A DNA stretch of 64,000 nucleotides from an uncultured Gammaproteobacteria bacterium (lineage in GTDB: Bacteria > Patescibacteriota > Patescibacteriia > PEXW01): NCBI GenBank assembly GCA_964486505.1, contig CAZAMC010000001.1, positions 170,133 to 234,132 on the forward strand, given 5' to 3'. Both the position numbers and the translations under genes were made by a program. Under the pieces are notes generated by a model that made no database searches, had not been told where the DNA came from, and was given only the letters and a program-made list of their open reading frames with translations. Positions 56,301 to 64,000 of the stretch are shown one piece after another. How positions within the stretch are numbered: the stretch's first letter is position 1; each line of letters begins with the position of its first letter.

Positions 56301-58295
56301 CTGGCTGTAGGTGGCTTGCCCTTGGCTATCGGTCGTAAAGTCCGTGCCCTCGGCACCGGCCTGGCCGTAGTTGGCATGACGGAGACGCACTTTTGGTGCG
56401 GGGGTGCCATCGAAGAAGCTCGTTTGCGCCCGCACGTTCACACTGGTGCCAGCAATTCCCGCCGTTTGCAGAGGGGTAGCGGTTATGCCAAAGGCCGGCT
56501 TCGTAAACGTCTGCACATCAATTGTTCGGGACGTTATTTCTTTCCCCTCGGGGGTTTCCAAGCTTACGGTGTAGCTCCCGGACGTGAGCTGCGTGAGGGT
56601 AAGCGCCTTGGTAAAGGTGCCGGAGGCCGTGAGTTCTACTGGCTCTTCTATGAGTGGCACGTAGTTCCCCCGCCAATCAGCAAAATTCCAGGACCATACT
56701 TTCAGAGTAAGGGTTTCAGGAATGTTCCCGGTCTTTGGCCGAGCAATCCCCCACACGTTCACTGTGTCTGACGGGTGGTAGAGCGTTCGGTCGGTGTACA
56801 TGTACTTCCAGTACGCGTCTTTCGTGGGTCGGTCCTTGCCCCCCATCCAGTACATCCAGCCCTCATCGGCACTCGGGGTAAAGGGCAGGATAGTTTCACG
56901 GCCCTCGCTAGTGCGGAGGGTGAAGTACGATCGGGTGAAGTGGGTTTCCGGATCAATGGTCGCCGCAGGGGTGGGCAGGCGCACGACACCCTGATCATCG
57001 CTACGGTAAGACTTCCCATCGTACGCGAACTCCACGGACTGGGATTTCAGCGGCGTCCCGCTCTTCAAGTCCTGGAGCCAGAGCACCGTGTCGGTGCGGC
57101 TCACGAACTGCGCGGCGCCAATGTCACTCACCACGAGCACGGTTTGCAGCTTGCGGCCTTTCACGTCCAGGGTGAGCAGGTAGTACCCGGCGTCAAAGCC
57201 GCTGGGCAAACGCAGCACATGCTGGTTGTCGTACGTGTCGACCTTCGCGTCGTAGTCGCCAACTTTCTCCAGCTTCTCGGTGCTAATCACTAGCGCGTCT
57301 TGGGCGGCCACGGCCCACGTCGGAATGGTGTCGTACGGCTTCAACGCATCCATCAGCGCTTGCGCCGTTGGGAGTTGGTGCACGGTTACCTTGGGGTTGC
57401 CGAGGTTGCCGTAGAAACCGAAGTCCAGCACAGGCGCTTCCTTGGGCAGGATAGACTGGAAGCTCCGGCCAAACGTGGCGTAGGTAAATGCATCATCTGC
57501 CTTCGCGCTCGCAACTGTTTCGAACTGGAAAACGAGGTCGGTGCCGAGCGTCACGGAGGAGCTCTGAACGGGTAACGCCGCGGCCACGGTTACCGTGTAT
57601 ATCGTTGCATTCTTCAGGCGTTCATCTGGCACGAACACCCACGTGCGACCGTGCTGCTCAAACCGACCCTTCACTTCTGGTGAAAGCGTGAAGTATTTGG
57701 AAAAGTCTTTCACGCCGTCGGAATTGAACGTTACTTCGATACCCGTGGTGAGCGGCACGCTCGTGGCCTGGTTCCCCGGAAGCGTTCCTTCCACTTCCAA
57801 GGCGGTCTTGGGCTGAAAGGCCCACTGGAACTGCTGCTTCTCACTTCCCGAGTCACTCTGCACTGTGGTATTCAGCGACGCCTTGTACACGGTGCCCGCT
57901 GCCAACGGATCAGTGGGGTCAATGGTGAAAGCATTCTCTCCCGTCTCAGCCACAGCAAAGTGTACCTCCGGCTCAAACTTCAACGAGGCTTCGACGTCTT
58001 TCTTCGCTATTGCTGCATTCGCCTGCAAGGTAAAGGTCGTGTTGGCATCCACGCCCTGGGCATCCTGCTGTGTGGCCGTAAGGGTAAAAGCATTGGCCGT
58101 GGCGTCTGGTGTTAGGACAATCTTGTCGAACGCATCTCCCCCGGTGGTGCCCCGCCGTGGCTGCACGTACCCAAACCACACCCCTATTCCCACGCCCAGG
58201 ACTACAACTCCCCCACAAATGGCGTAGAACCACGGGGTTTTCCAAAACGGAACTTTAACCAGTTTGTCGGGCTGAAAGTCCTTGAGCTCGGGCAT
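53328..58295 (-). CDS. giant (1655 aa) membrane-anchored surface protein, possibly alpha-2-macroglobulin-like with degenerate thioester site
   Basis: An N-terminal TM (FYAICGGVVVLGVGIGVWFG) and many Ig-like beta segments. A helical region YDLQWGYGNRIERHL ... SLPLTAFAAARHDLF aligns by eye to the A2M P.GCGEQNMI ... LTAFVL thioester-domain block, but the CxEQ is absent. The CDS is secure. The family call is tentative. Confidence 0.55.
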   Translation of the reverse strand: MPELKDFQPDKLVKVPFWKTPWFYAICGGVVVLGVGIGVWFGYVQPRRGTTGGDAFDKIVLTPDATANAFTLTATQQDAQGVDANTTFTLQANAAIAKKDVEASLKFEPEVHFAVAETGENAFTIDPTDPLAAGTVYKASLNTTVQSDSGSEKQQFQWAFQPKTALEVEGTLPGNQATSVPLTTGIEVTFNSDGVKDFSKYFTLSPEVKGRFEQHGRTWVFVPDERLKNATIYTVTVAAALPVQSSSVTLGTDLVFQFETVASAKADDAFTYATFGRSFQSILPKEAPVLDFGFYGNLGNPKVTVHQLPTAQALMDALKPYDTIPTWAVAAQDALVISTEKLEKVGDYDAKVDTYDNQHVLRLPSGFDAGYYLLTLDVKGRKLQTVLVVSDIGAAQFVSRTDTVLWLQDLKSGTPLKSQSVEFAYDGKSYRSDDQGVVRLPTPAATIDPETHFTRSYFTLRTSEGRETILPFTPSADEGWMYWMGGKDRPTKDAYWKYMYTDRTLYHPSDTVNVWGIARPKTGNIPETLTLKVWSWNFADWRGNYVPLIEEPVELTASGTFTKALTLTQLTSGSYTVSLETPEGKEITSRTIDVQTFTKPAFGITATPLQTAGIAGTSVNVRAQTSFFDGTPAPKVRLRHANYGQAGAEGTDFTTDSQGQATYSQKLTENYHHVTTQQVAVFPPDAADGDVLANADIVVFPGQVIGSLTTKRDGNQATLTVGARNVDLTKPTDDYWNAYETMTSGPAANAPVEVKVYENVVKKTKRGTHYDFIEKTVVDVYDYSYTNELRDTITGTTDAQGAYLTTITLPGKSSHVEVHVKDSAGRYYEQTAYFGSTSYDDSANSSFHIVDTTQAKQSNAQVTYPIGAKTELEFQRNSEAVETKGAFLFITLQAGVKDVTVTAKPQLDFTFTEKDVPNVYVTGVWFTGTGFRIPNQYDQVLLQFDTDERKLDVQVTTDKPAYRPGEKVTAQVTVLDAAKKPVRARVNLSAIDEALTVIESNNAPAPLSGLHALVGTGLLQQYISHDATALESGAEGGGGGGDARKDFRDAVLFTEVETDTNGQATTTFTVPDNLTSWRLTAQAVTHALQAGHTTVGVPVSKPVFGLLTTPDEFVVDDKPVVLARAYGTGLSANDDVAFTFSTPGLGADQKKTGKPFTALSFTLPTLTVGEHELKLTVAKGDVTDTLIRKITVKSSRLSKRATTIQEATNGMTITSSSNDRTMVGVTDFGRGRVIAGLYDLQWGYGNRIERHLASRIAADALVTLKEQDAIPATGFSPTAYQQEDGGISEVVWGSSSLPLTAFAAARHDLFDGVRMYKYFLAKLSKKDVSAEDVGYALLGMANLGEPVLADLDRYTAASGVTDEQRLIAALGYAALGAGEKARAIALPLLQQYGETQDPFIRLKLGKTNDDYIVNTARFSILAEGLKLPQRLGIGRYLQENFPKDTLTNVQRSLAFVAAIPVLDATPVSVTYTAGAEAKTLSVQGSETTYVSLTTAEAKAFTVTGVTGSAGIIVQTIEPLDVASAPHDSRLGVSRTYSRVGGTGNFRQGDIVRVEIALSVHKDIIDKDFTVTDILPSGLAALPNPWNRNLQTGLGFNYPVEIAGQRLTFNTWGQNSFWYYARVVNPGRYSAEPATAQGQKSREIVNYSGGQTIGIE

Positions 58296-58370
58296 AGGCT
58301 TAGGGGTTAGGCGATGCCTCTATTGTATGCGAAGAACAGCTAAAGGGTAATAGGGACAACACGCCTATAG

Positions 58371-58399
58371 AAAAAGAAAACAGCCTTGGGGTAAGGCTG
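58371..58399 (-). terminator. rho-independent terminator (minus strand)
   Basis: CAGCCTT-ggggt-AAGGCTG hairpin preceded on the plus strand by AAAAAGAAAA, which is a U-run on the minus strand. It lies downstream of the methyltransferase gene stop. Confidence 0.5.
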
Positions 58400-58413
58400 C
58401 TTCTGTAAAGTGC

Positions 58414-59010
58414 TTACGGCTTCCCGGCAATGAACACTTCCACGAAGTGCGTATGCGGTTCGGGCCGCCCCACGTGGCCAGGATCGTCGAAACGAACGCG
58501 CTGCTTGCTGTGGATCTCCCACCCTGCAAACGCCATGGCGAGTTCGTCTGTCTCGAAAAACGTCCGGTCCGGCCGCTGCGTTACCACCTGTTCCAGATTC
58601 GTGAACACGCGGAGCAGGACCAGCCCACCCGGCTTCACCACACGTTGGATTCCAGCGAGCACGTCCGGCATTTCCTGCCGCGATAGGAACGTGAGCACGT
58701 CCACGGCCGTAACCAGGTCATACTGGTATGGAGTTTGGGCCAGGCAGTCTTGAATCGAGAGGCAAAAGGCACTCACGTTGGTAGCGCGCTCCCGGAAGAA
58801 ACGTTCGTTTGCCACGGTAATCGCGCCAGCATCTACATCGCACCCCTGGGCAATCCAGCCGTGCTTGGCAGCGAAGAGGATGTCCGTCCCCGTACTGCAC
58901 CCCAGGTCCAGCAGGCGGCCGGGCTTTTTAAAACGACGGAAGAGCTCCACGAAAACTGGGTTCGCCACCGCGCGGGAACGAAAGGGTGTACTCGGTGCTT
59001 GGGATTTCAT
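58414..59010 (-). CDS. class I SAM-dependent methyltransferase
   Basis: LLDLGCSTGTD (motif I) and VKPGGLVLL (post-II) in 198 aa. Confidence 0.75.
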   Translation of the reverse strand: MKSQAPSTPFRSRAVANPVFVELFRRFKKPGRLLDLGCSTGTDILFAAKHGWIAQGCDVDAGAITVANERFFRERATNVSAFCLSIQDCLAQTPYQYDLVTAVDVLTFLSRQEMPDVLAGIQRVVKPGGLVLLRVFTNLEQVVTQRPDRTFFETDELAMAFAGWEIHSKQRVRFDDPGHVGRPEPHTHFVEVFIAGKP

Positions 59011-59104
59011 GTTTTCAAAACCTCCAAAGGTGTTGTGTATACTTTGGCGCCACCTTAGGCAAAAGCTCCTTGTGCGTCAAGGTGTGGACTTGCGCATACG
59101 TACT

Positions 59105-60835
59105 CTACCAACTCCCGCCGCCGCCGCCGCCGAAGCCGCCACCCGAGAACCCACCACCACCGAAACCCGAACCGCCCGCGCTCCGCGGCTGGGCAACGAA
59201 CGTGTGGTTCACGCTCGTACTCATATTCGACAGCATAGACACGAACAGCAAACTATTAAATGCGCTCCCCGACTGACCCTGGTACCACCCCGGCGGTTCG
59301 CGGAGCAGGTCTTTGAACTGGCCGGCCCACTCCTTTTCTACGCCCAGCACCATAGCGTAGGCGAGGAATTGCTCAAACTGCTCTGGCTTTTTGGCTGGGG
59401 CGTTGTGAAATTTCAAGCGCTCTGCTTCCGTCACCGAAAGGAACCACTTGAACCCCTGCACTTCTTCCAGCACTTCTGCTCCTCGAACAGTTTTTGCAGG
59501 CATGAGCCAGGCGTACACCAGTGCCAGGATTGCCGCAGCGACAATGCTCCCCACACTCGTCACCGTTACGACTGCCTGCAAACCAAAGACAACGACAGCG
59601 AAGACACCGACAAGTACAAGGTACAGGGCAATGGTAAGCCCGCGCACCACGGCTGGATTTCTCGGGTAGTACCCCCGGGTTACTATCTCCTCGCTCATGG
59701 CACTCTTGATGCCGGGTAGGTGCTTGTAGAACACATTCTTCAAGGCGGAAAGTTTCACCACGCTCCCGGCTTTCGCGTTCACCCCGAACACCCCATCCAG
59801 CAAGAGCTTCTCGGGCTTGGTCACTGTTGCATCCACAGGTTTGCGCAAAGTGAACGCGTAGTCCCCTTTTCCGGGATCAGCAATGGTCAAGTAGCCCCGC
59901 GTAGCCAGGTGGATGAGCGTGGCGCTTATTTCCTTTCCACCCACCATCGTGTCGAGAGCCCCCATGGTGTAAGGCGGCATGGTGTCGGGTGCTTCGTACT
60001 GCGGGATAACTGTGCCACGACCTCGTGGATCGCGACCCCGCTTGTACCACCGCCAGTGGAAGAGCGCCCACAGCACAAACGGAACCGCCACATACCAGTT
60101 GTCCGCGATGAAAAAACCTGCAAGCTGTGCCTGCGTTGGTGGCGCTACTGTTCCTGAGGGAAGTGCAATCGCGAAAGTCAAACCCTCGCCGAGCGCGAGG
60201 GCCTCAGCAGCAGTGAACGTTGCTACTCCGTCCATGTCAATCTCAAACTGGCAACCTCTGTCCGTAGCGCCGACCGCCCCGGTGAAGCACTCGGTATCCA
60301 GAATGGCAACGTCTGGGGGTGGTGCTACCGCAACGCTGGCCGCCAGGATGGGCACCGTCCACTCGTTGCCGGTAGCGTTCCAGTACAACTCATCCTGCGC
60401 TTCCAGGAACCGAATCGCCCGTTGCACAGAATAGGTAATGACGTACGTTTGCACACCAGACATTGTCGCCTTCGGGTCGCCGATCCGCACTTTCACATAC
60501 CCGCCCGTTGTCTGCACTTTTGTGGGGATGCTCTCCCCCTGCTCGTCCGTAACGCTTTCAATGTGGTAGCGCAAGTTGTACGACGCGCCGTTGCGCGTGT
60601 ACTGGTAGGGCAGGGTGCGGTAAATCCCGTGTTTTGCGTACGGCCCCAGGTCGTACTCGATTGTTTCCACTACCGCTATGGATCCATCGGTGTGGATTGC
60701 AACCTGGGCATCGAAGTTGTTTATCTGCTCGGTTCCAGATGATTCGGTCTGCGCGTGTACGGCAAACGGCACCAGCAGGAGAAAAACCGCTATAGGAAGG
60801 ATGCGACGCATGCCGGTAGTATAGCCTGCTCGCAA
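59105..60835 (-). CDS. DUF2207-family membrane protein
   Basis: A signal peptide, a large extracytoplasmic domain, 3 TM helices, and a C-terminal Gly-rich tail GGSGFGGGGFSGGGFGGGGGGSW typical of DUF2207. Confidence 0.7.
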   Translation of the reverse strand: MRAGYTTGMRRILPIAVFLLLVPFAVHAQTESSGTEQINNFDAQVAIHTDGSIAVVETIEYDLGPYAKHGIYRTLPYQYTRNGASYNLRYHIESVTDEQGESIPTKVQTTGGYVKVRIGDPKATMSGVQTYVITYSVQRAIRFLEAQDELYWNATGNEWTVPILAASVAVAPPPDVAILDTECFTGAVGATDRGCQFEIDMDGVATFTAAEALALGEGLTFAIALPSGTVAPPTQAQLAGFFIADNWYVAVPFVLWALFHWRWYKRGRDPRGRGTVIPQYEAPDTMPPYTMGALDTMVGGKEISATLIHLATRGYLTIADPGKGDYAFTLRKPVDATVTKPEKLLLDGVFGVNAKAGSVVKLSALKNVFYKHLPGIKSAMSEEIVTRGYYPRNPAVVRGLTIALYLVLVGVFAVVVFGLQAVVTVTSVGSIVAAAILALVYAWLMPAKTVRGAEVLEEVQGFKWFLSVTEAERLKFHNAPAKKPEQFEQFLAYAMVLGVEKEWAGQFKDLLREPPGWYQGQSGSAFNSLLFVSMLSNMSTSVNHTFVAQPRSAGGSGFGGGGFSGGGFGGGGGGSW

Positions 60836-60873
60836 CCGAAAGAAAAAGCAGCTCGGTGAGGAGCTGCTTCAGT

Positions 60874-61554
60874 TCATGATTGTGCCCGCCGCTGGGCTAT
60901 ACCGTAGTGCACCAGGGCGGTAAAGTCGTGGTGCGCTTGCCAGTGAGCAAAGAGCTGCTCGCGCAACGCCTGCTGCGCTGGGTAACCGCGATCAGGTACG
61001 CCGAGGACCTCGAGGGGGAAAATGTCGTTGAGGATAACCGTGAGGGCTTCTTTCACATCTTGGTACGACGAGCCAGCCGGGAGCTGACGGTCAAGGATCT
61101 CGTGGAAGTAGTGGTGCGTTTGGAAGTGCAGCAGCTCGTGGGCGAAGGTACCTCGAGCCCACCCGGGTTTTGACCAGTATGGGAGCCAGAGGACGCCTGC
61201 TTTCCAGTCGTACGGGCTGTGTGCCGCAGAGGTGAGAAACACCCGGAAGTCCTCGCGGTACAGCGGCCCCGTAACCTGCGCTATGACCTCACCGATGCTC
61301 GCCGCGCTTTCGTCGTACACGGTTTGCAACCGTTCGACGTTCTCCAGCAGTTTGGGAAAAACGCCGTCGTGTTCCAGCATCGGGATTAGAGCACGCACTG
61401 CCTGCTCGGGCGGCGTACCCTTTGCCACCGTCACGTACGCCGGAGGGTAGTCACTGCTGTAATCACAACCTGACGTATACCGCAGGTTGATCATGATCGC
61501 CCACGCCTCTGCATCGTGTTCAAGAGAAGCACAAACGTCTATTCGAGCGGCCAT
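60874..61554 (-). CDS. hypothetical protein with HExxH zinc-metallopeptidase-like motif
   Basis: A FAHELLHFQTHHY motif in 226 aa. No other family signature recognised. Confidence 0.45.
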   Translation of the reverse strand: MAARIDVCASLEHDAEAWAIMINLRYTSGCDYSSDYPPAYVTVAKGTPPEQAVRALIPMLEHDGVFPKLLENVERLQTVYDESAASIGEVIAQVTGPLYREDFRVFLTSAAHSPYDWKAGVLWLPYWSKPGWARGTFAHELLHFQTHHYFHEILDRQLPAGSSYQDVKEALTVILNDIFPLEVLGVPDRGYPAQQALREQLFAHWQAHHDFTALVHYGIAQRRAQS

Positions 61555-61654
61555 GCCTGCCTCCTACGCTCGGTGTTAAGGTTCAAGTTTCACAAAAACC
61601 TAGCGTAAAATTGTCCCGCTGTCAACGCGTGGGCTCCTCCGCTACAATACGCAT

Positions 61655-62320
61655 ATGCAGAGGAGGATGCACGTTCACCCCCAAGACATTGGTATCGCCG
61701 CCATCGCCCTAGCGCTCGCGGCCCTGTTCATTGTGTGGGAACCCACACTCCCCACGCAGGAAGCCGTGACGCACTGGGTGGAAAAGTTCGGGGCAATCGG
61801 GCCCTTGGCCGTCATTGGCTTCATTGCCCTGGAAGTGGTCATTGCCCCTATCCCCGGCGGCTTCTTGCCCATCACAGTCGGGGCAATCTTCGGTTTATGG
61901 CCGGGCGTGCTCTACACCTGGGTTGGCAACGTGCTCGGCTCTCTCCTGGCCTTTGCGCTTGCTCGCTACGTTGGCCGGCCACTCGTCACTCGCTTTGTGA
62001 AACCTGCAACCCTCGACCGGCTCGACACGTTCCTGCACCGCAGCCCCAAACTGTTGTGGCTGGTGTACGTCGTACCGGTTTTCCCAATCGACATCATCAC
62101 CTTCGCGGTTGGCTTTTCAGCAATCCCCTTCCGGCGCTTCATCACCGTCATGACCCTGGGCTTTGCCATGAACCAAGTTATCCTCACCACCGTGGGCGAC
62201 CAGCTCCTCTCGGCAACGGGCTGGATGCGGATGGTCATTGCCGGTTTAGCGGTGCTCCTGGTTCTGGGTACACTGGTCGTCGAACACCACTTTACGAAAA
62301 ACAAACAAGCAGCCCCCTAG
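61655..62320 (+). CDS. TVP38/TMEM64 (DedA-like) family membrane protein
   Basis: VIAPIPGGFLPITVGAIFG ... F.AIPFRRF pattern of the SNARE-associated/DedA family. Confidence 0.75.
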   Translation: MQRRMHVHPQDIGIAAIALALAALFIVWEPTLPTQEAVTHWVEKFGAIGPLAVIGFIALEVVIAPIPGGFLPITVGAIFGLWPGVLYTWVGNVLGSLLAFALARYVGRPLVTRFVKPATLDRLDTFLHRSPKLLWLVYVVPVFPIDIITFAVGFSAIPFRRFITVMTLGFAMNQVILTTVGDQLLSATGWMRMVIAGLAVLLVLGTLVVEHHFTKNKQAAP

Positions 62321-62342
62321 GGAACTGCTTGGAAAAAGGTCT

Positions 62343-62576
62343 TCACTTCTTTGGCCACAGGAAGCGCTGCTTGCACTTCGGGCAGACGGCGAGTAATGCC
62401 GAAAAAACATTGGGCACTGCACACAGGCCGCAGAACTGATGGCCGCACTCCGGGCACTTGTAGTATGCTCGATTTTCGTCGAGCGCGTTGCACTGCATAC
62501 ACCCATCGTGCTTGGGCAGGTGAATGAGCGCGCGCAGGGGCGAGGTTACGGCCTGGAACAAACGTTCTAAACTCAA
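62343..62576 (-). CDS. small zinc-ribbon protein
   Basis: CMQC ... CPEC ... CGLC ... CPKC Cys pairs in 77 aa. Confidence 0.45.
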   Translation of the reverse strand: MSLERLFQAVTSPLRALIHLPKHDGCMQCNALDENRAYYKCPECGHQFCGLCAVPNVFSALLAVCPKCKQRFLWPKK

Positions 62577-62743
62577 GGTTCCTACTTTCTTTTTGCTTCG
62601 TTGATATTTCCAGAGATTCTACACGACGTACGAGGAAAAGTCAAGACACAAGGCGGCTACCAGGTTTCCTGAAAATTTCAAGATATGAAGAAGAGTTCCT
62701 TTGTGGGGAACTCTTACTTCAATGAGCATTACTGCTTCACGCG

Positions 62744-63388
62744 TTAGGCCTTCTTGACCTCGGGCAGGCGGCTGGCAACGTTCAGGAGTGTATCCATCAC
62801 ATCACCTTCCACGATGCCGACGTCAGCACGGCTGACACTGAGAGCGTCCATCGTCGCTGCCGTCTGCTTGAACGGAGCGAGTATCCGCGACAGCGTGGCG
62901 AGATTCTCGTTGATGAGCGTCTTGACCGCTGACACGTTGCCGGCCTTTTCCAAGGCGGCGATGGTCTCGAGCAGGTTGCCCGGCACGAAGGTCAGGAACG
63001 AACTCACCTTCTTCGTCAGGTCGCTCAGGATTTTCACGTTCTTGCGAACGATACTCACCTGATCGGCAACCGACTCAGTGGGCGAAAGTTCCGCCGCCGT
63101 ACGCAGATTCGACTGAACAGCGTTGAGGGCGTAGACGAAACTCATCGTTTCACTGATGCGGCCGGCATCATCGGACTCATCCTTCAGCGCCGCATAGATT
63201 TCGCCGCTGGGATCGTAGTCGCCGTTCACCGCAGCCTCGAGGCCGTCGATGACCGACACGTACTTGTCCCGTTCCGTAGAAACTTCGGCGTGCTTCGCCA
63301 TGAATGCATTGGCCTTGGTGCTGACCACTCTAAGCATGATGCCCAGGATGATCGCGGCAACCGCGAAGAGAATACACAGTGTCTCCAT
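62744..63388 (-). CDS. membrane-anchored hypothetical protein (214 aa)
   Basis: An N-terminal TM (LCILFAVAAIILGIML) followed by a helical soluble region. Confidence 0.45.
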   Translation of the reverse strand: METLCILFAVAAIILGIMLRVVSTKANAFMAKHAEVSTERDKYVSVIDGLEAAVNGDYDPSGEIYAALKDESDDAGRISETMSFVYALNAVQSNLRTAAELSPTESVADQVSIVRKNVKILSDLTKKVSSFLTFVPGNLLETIAALEKAGNVSAVKTLINENLATLSRILAPFKQTAATMDALSVSRADVGIVEGDVMDTLLNVASRLPEVKKA

Positions 63389-63743
63389 TAGAACCTCCTT
63401 CTAAGGTTTTACGCGCGTGGGCAACCTTCATGGCTACCCATTTTTTACGTACATTGTTAACTGCTTCGTTTGTTTATCCCTGGGTCCCGGGTGGGGCGCA
63501 AGCACAAGCAAACAAAAACGTCGCTCTGTGGGAGAGCGACAGCAGAATACGGCTGGTGCACTCCTTGCTCTCTCCTTCAAGGAATGCGATACGGCGGTTG
63601 GATACTAACCGGATTTTCAAGTTAACGAAGAAGCATAGCGCAGCTTGGGAAAGATGTCAATAGTTAGGGTGAGTTTACACATATCGTTTTGGCTCAATGT
63701 AGCCAAAAAACAGCTGCGCGTATGCAGAATCCTTAGCAAATCG

Positions 63744-64000
63744 CTATATCCAAGGCCTATACTGCCGCGTCAGGAGTTCAGTCGCCCGTTGCGGTTCGGC
63801 CATGACTTCCTTCACCACTTTCTCGCACCGAATGCCCTGCGAGCCTTTCACTAGCAGTACGTCACCGGGCTGAATCCGATCCTGCAGGAAATTCCCCACG
63901 CCCTCGGGCTTATCAAAACTCAAAATGCGGTCATCGGCAAAACCCTTTTCCCGGGCTCCGTTGGCAATCCACTTTGCTTGCTCCCCAACTGTAATCAAGA
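63744..64000 (-). CDS. Mur ligase C-terminal domain (MurF-like), 5' part beyond window end
   Basis: ...GDVLLVKGSQGIRCEKVV... matches the C-terminal domain of UDP-MurNAc-peptide ligases. The reading frame is open to the window edge. Confidence 0.55.
   Translation of the reverse strand, partial: LITVGEQAKWIANGAREKGFADDRILSFDKPEGVGNFLQDRIQPGDVLLVKGSQGIRCEKVVKEVMAEPQRATELLTRQYRPWI

Noticed and set aside
1-64000. Mobile elements, integrases, transposases, rRNA, riboswitch-like leaders
   Set aside because: I found no transposase or integrase-like ORF, no inverted terminal repeats other than the 37-bp element, no rRNA-like stretches, and no long structured 5' leaders upstream of the genes examined.

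Overview
This is a GC-rich, gene-dense bacterial chromosomal window with about 55 protein genes, mostly on the minus strand with short or overlapping junctions, plus two identical tRNA-Trp(CCA) genes. I found no rRNA, CRISPR array, transposase or integrase. The first ~38 kb is core metabolism and housekeeping of an apparently fermentative organism. It contains rnhA and recJ, a two-subunit 2-oxoacid:ferredoxin oxidoreductase next to an ADP-forming acetyl-CoA synthetase, and a pgk-eno-gpmI-gpmI lower-glycolysis operon with two divergent tandem iPGM paralogs. It also has trpS with two tRNA-Trp genes, a MacB-like ABC exporter, and a loose cluster of nucleotide/ribose-salvage-type genes (LOG family, PRTase-like, BtpA, glycosyltransferase-family-3 phosphorylase-like, PfkB kinase, HAD phosphatases). 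The last ~26 kb is an accessory-looking cell-surface region. It holds a multi-TM GAF histidine kinase and a kinase-less paralog around an alpha-oxoamine synthase, and an M23 peptidase/FG-GAP beta-propeller protein ending in a T9SS-type C-terminal sorting domain. It also holds membrane-anchored proteins with Asn/Ser-rich linkers, a 753-aa and a 1655-aa N-terminally anchored surface protein (the latter possibly alpha-2-macroglobulin-like), DUF2207, an HExxH protein, a DedA/TVP38 protein and a partial Mur ligase. The most unusual structure is a two-gene cassette present twice: a giant anchored surface protein followed directly, with stop/start overlap, by a TM-anchored Memo-like (LigB-fold) protein. 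Cassette 1 is bracketed by an exact 37-bp direct repeat that carries a perfect palindrome, and two tandem copies of its 12-nt GCGCCGTCGCGA core lie downstream of cassette 2. Other notable items are a PPAT-like nucleotidyltransferase fused to a P-loop kinase, a SLOG/NDT-like domain fused to an RHH domain, and twin small ORFs between the ABC exporter and a C39-like peptidase surface protein. All functional calls rest on motifs I recognised by eye. No database search was possible.
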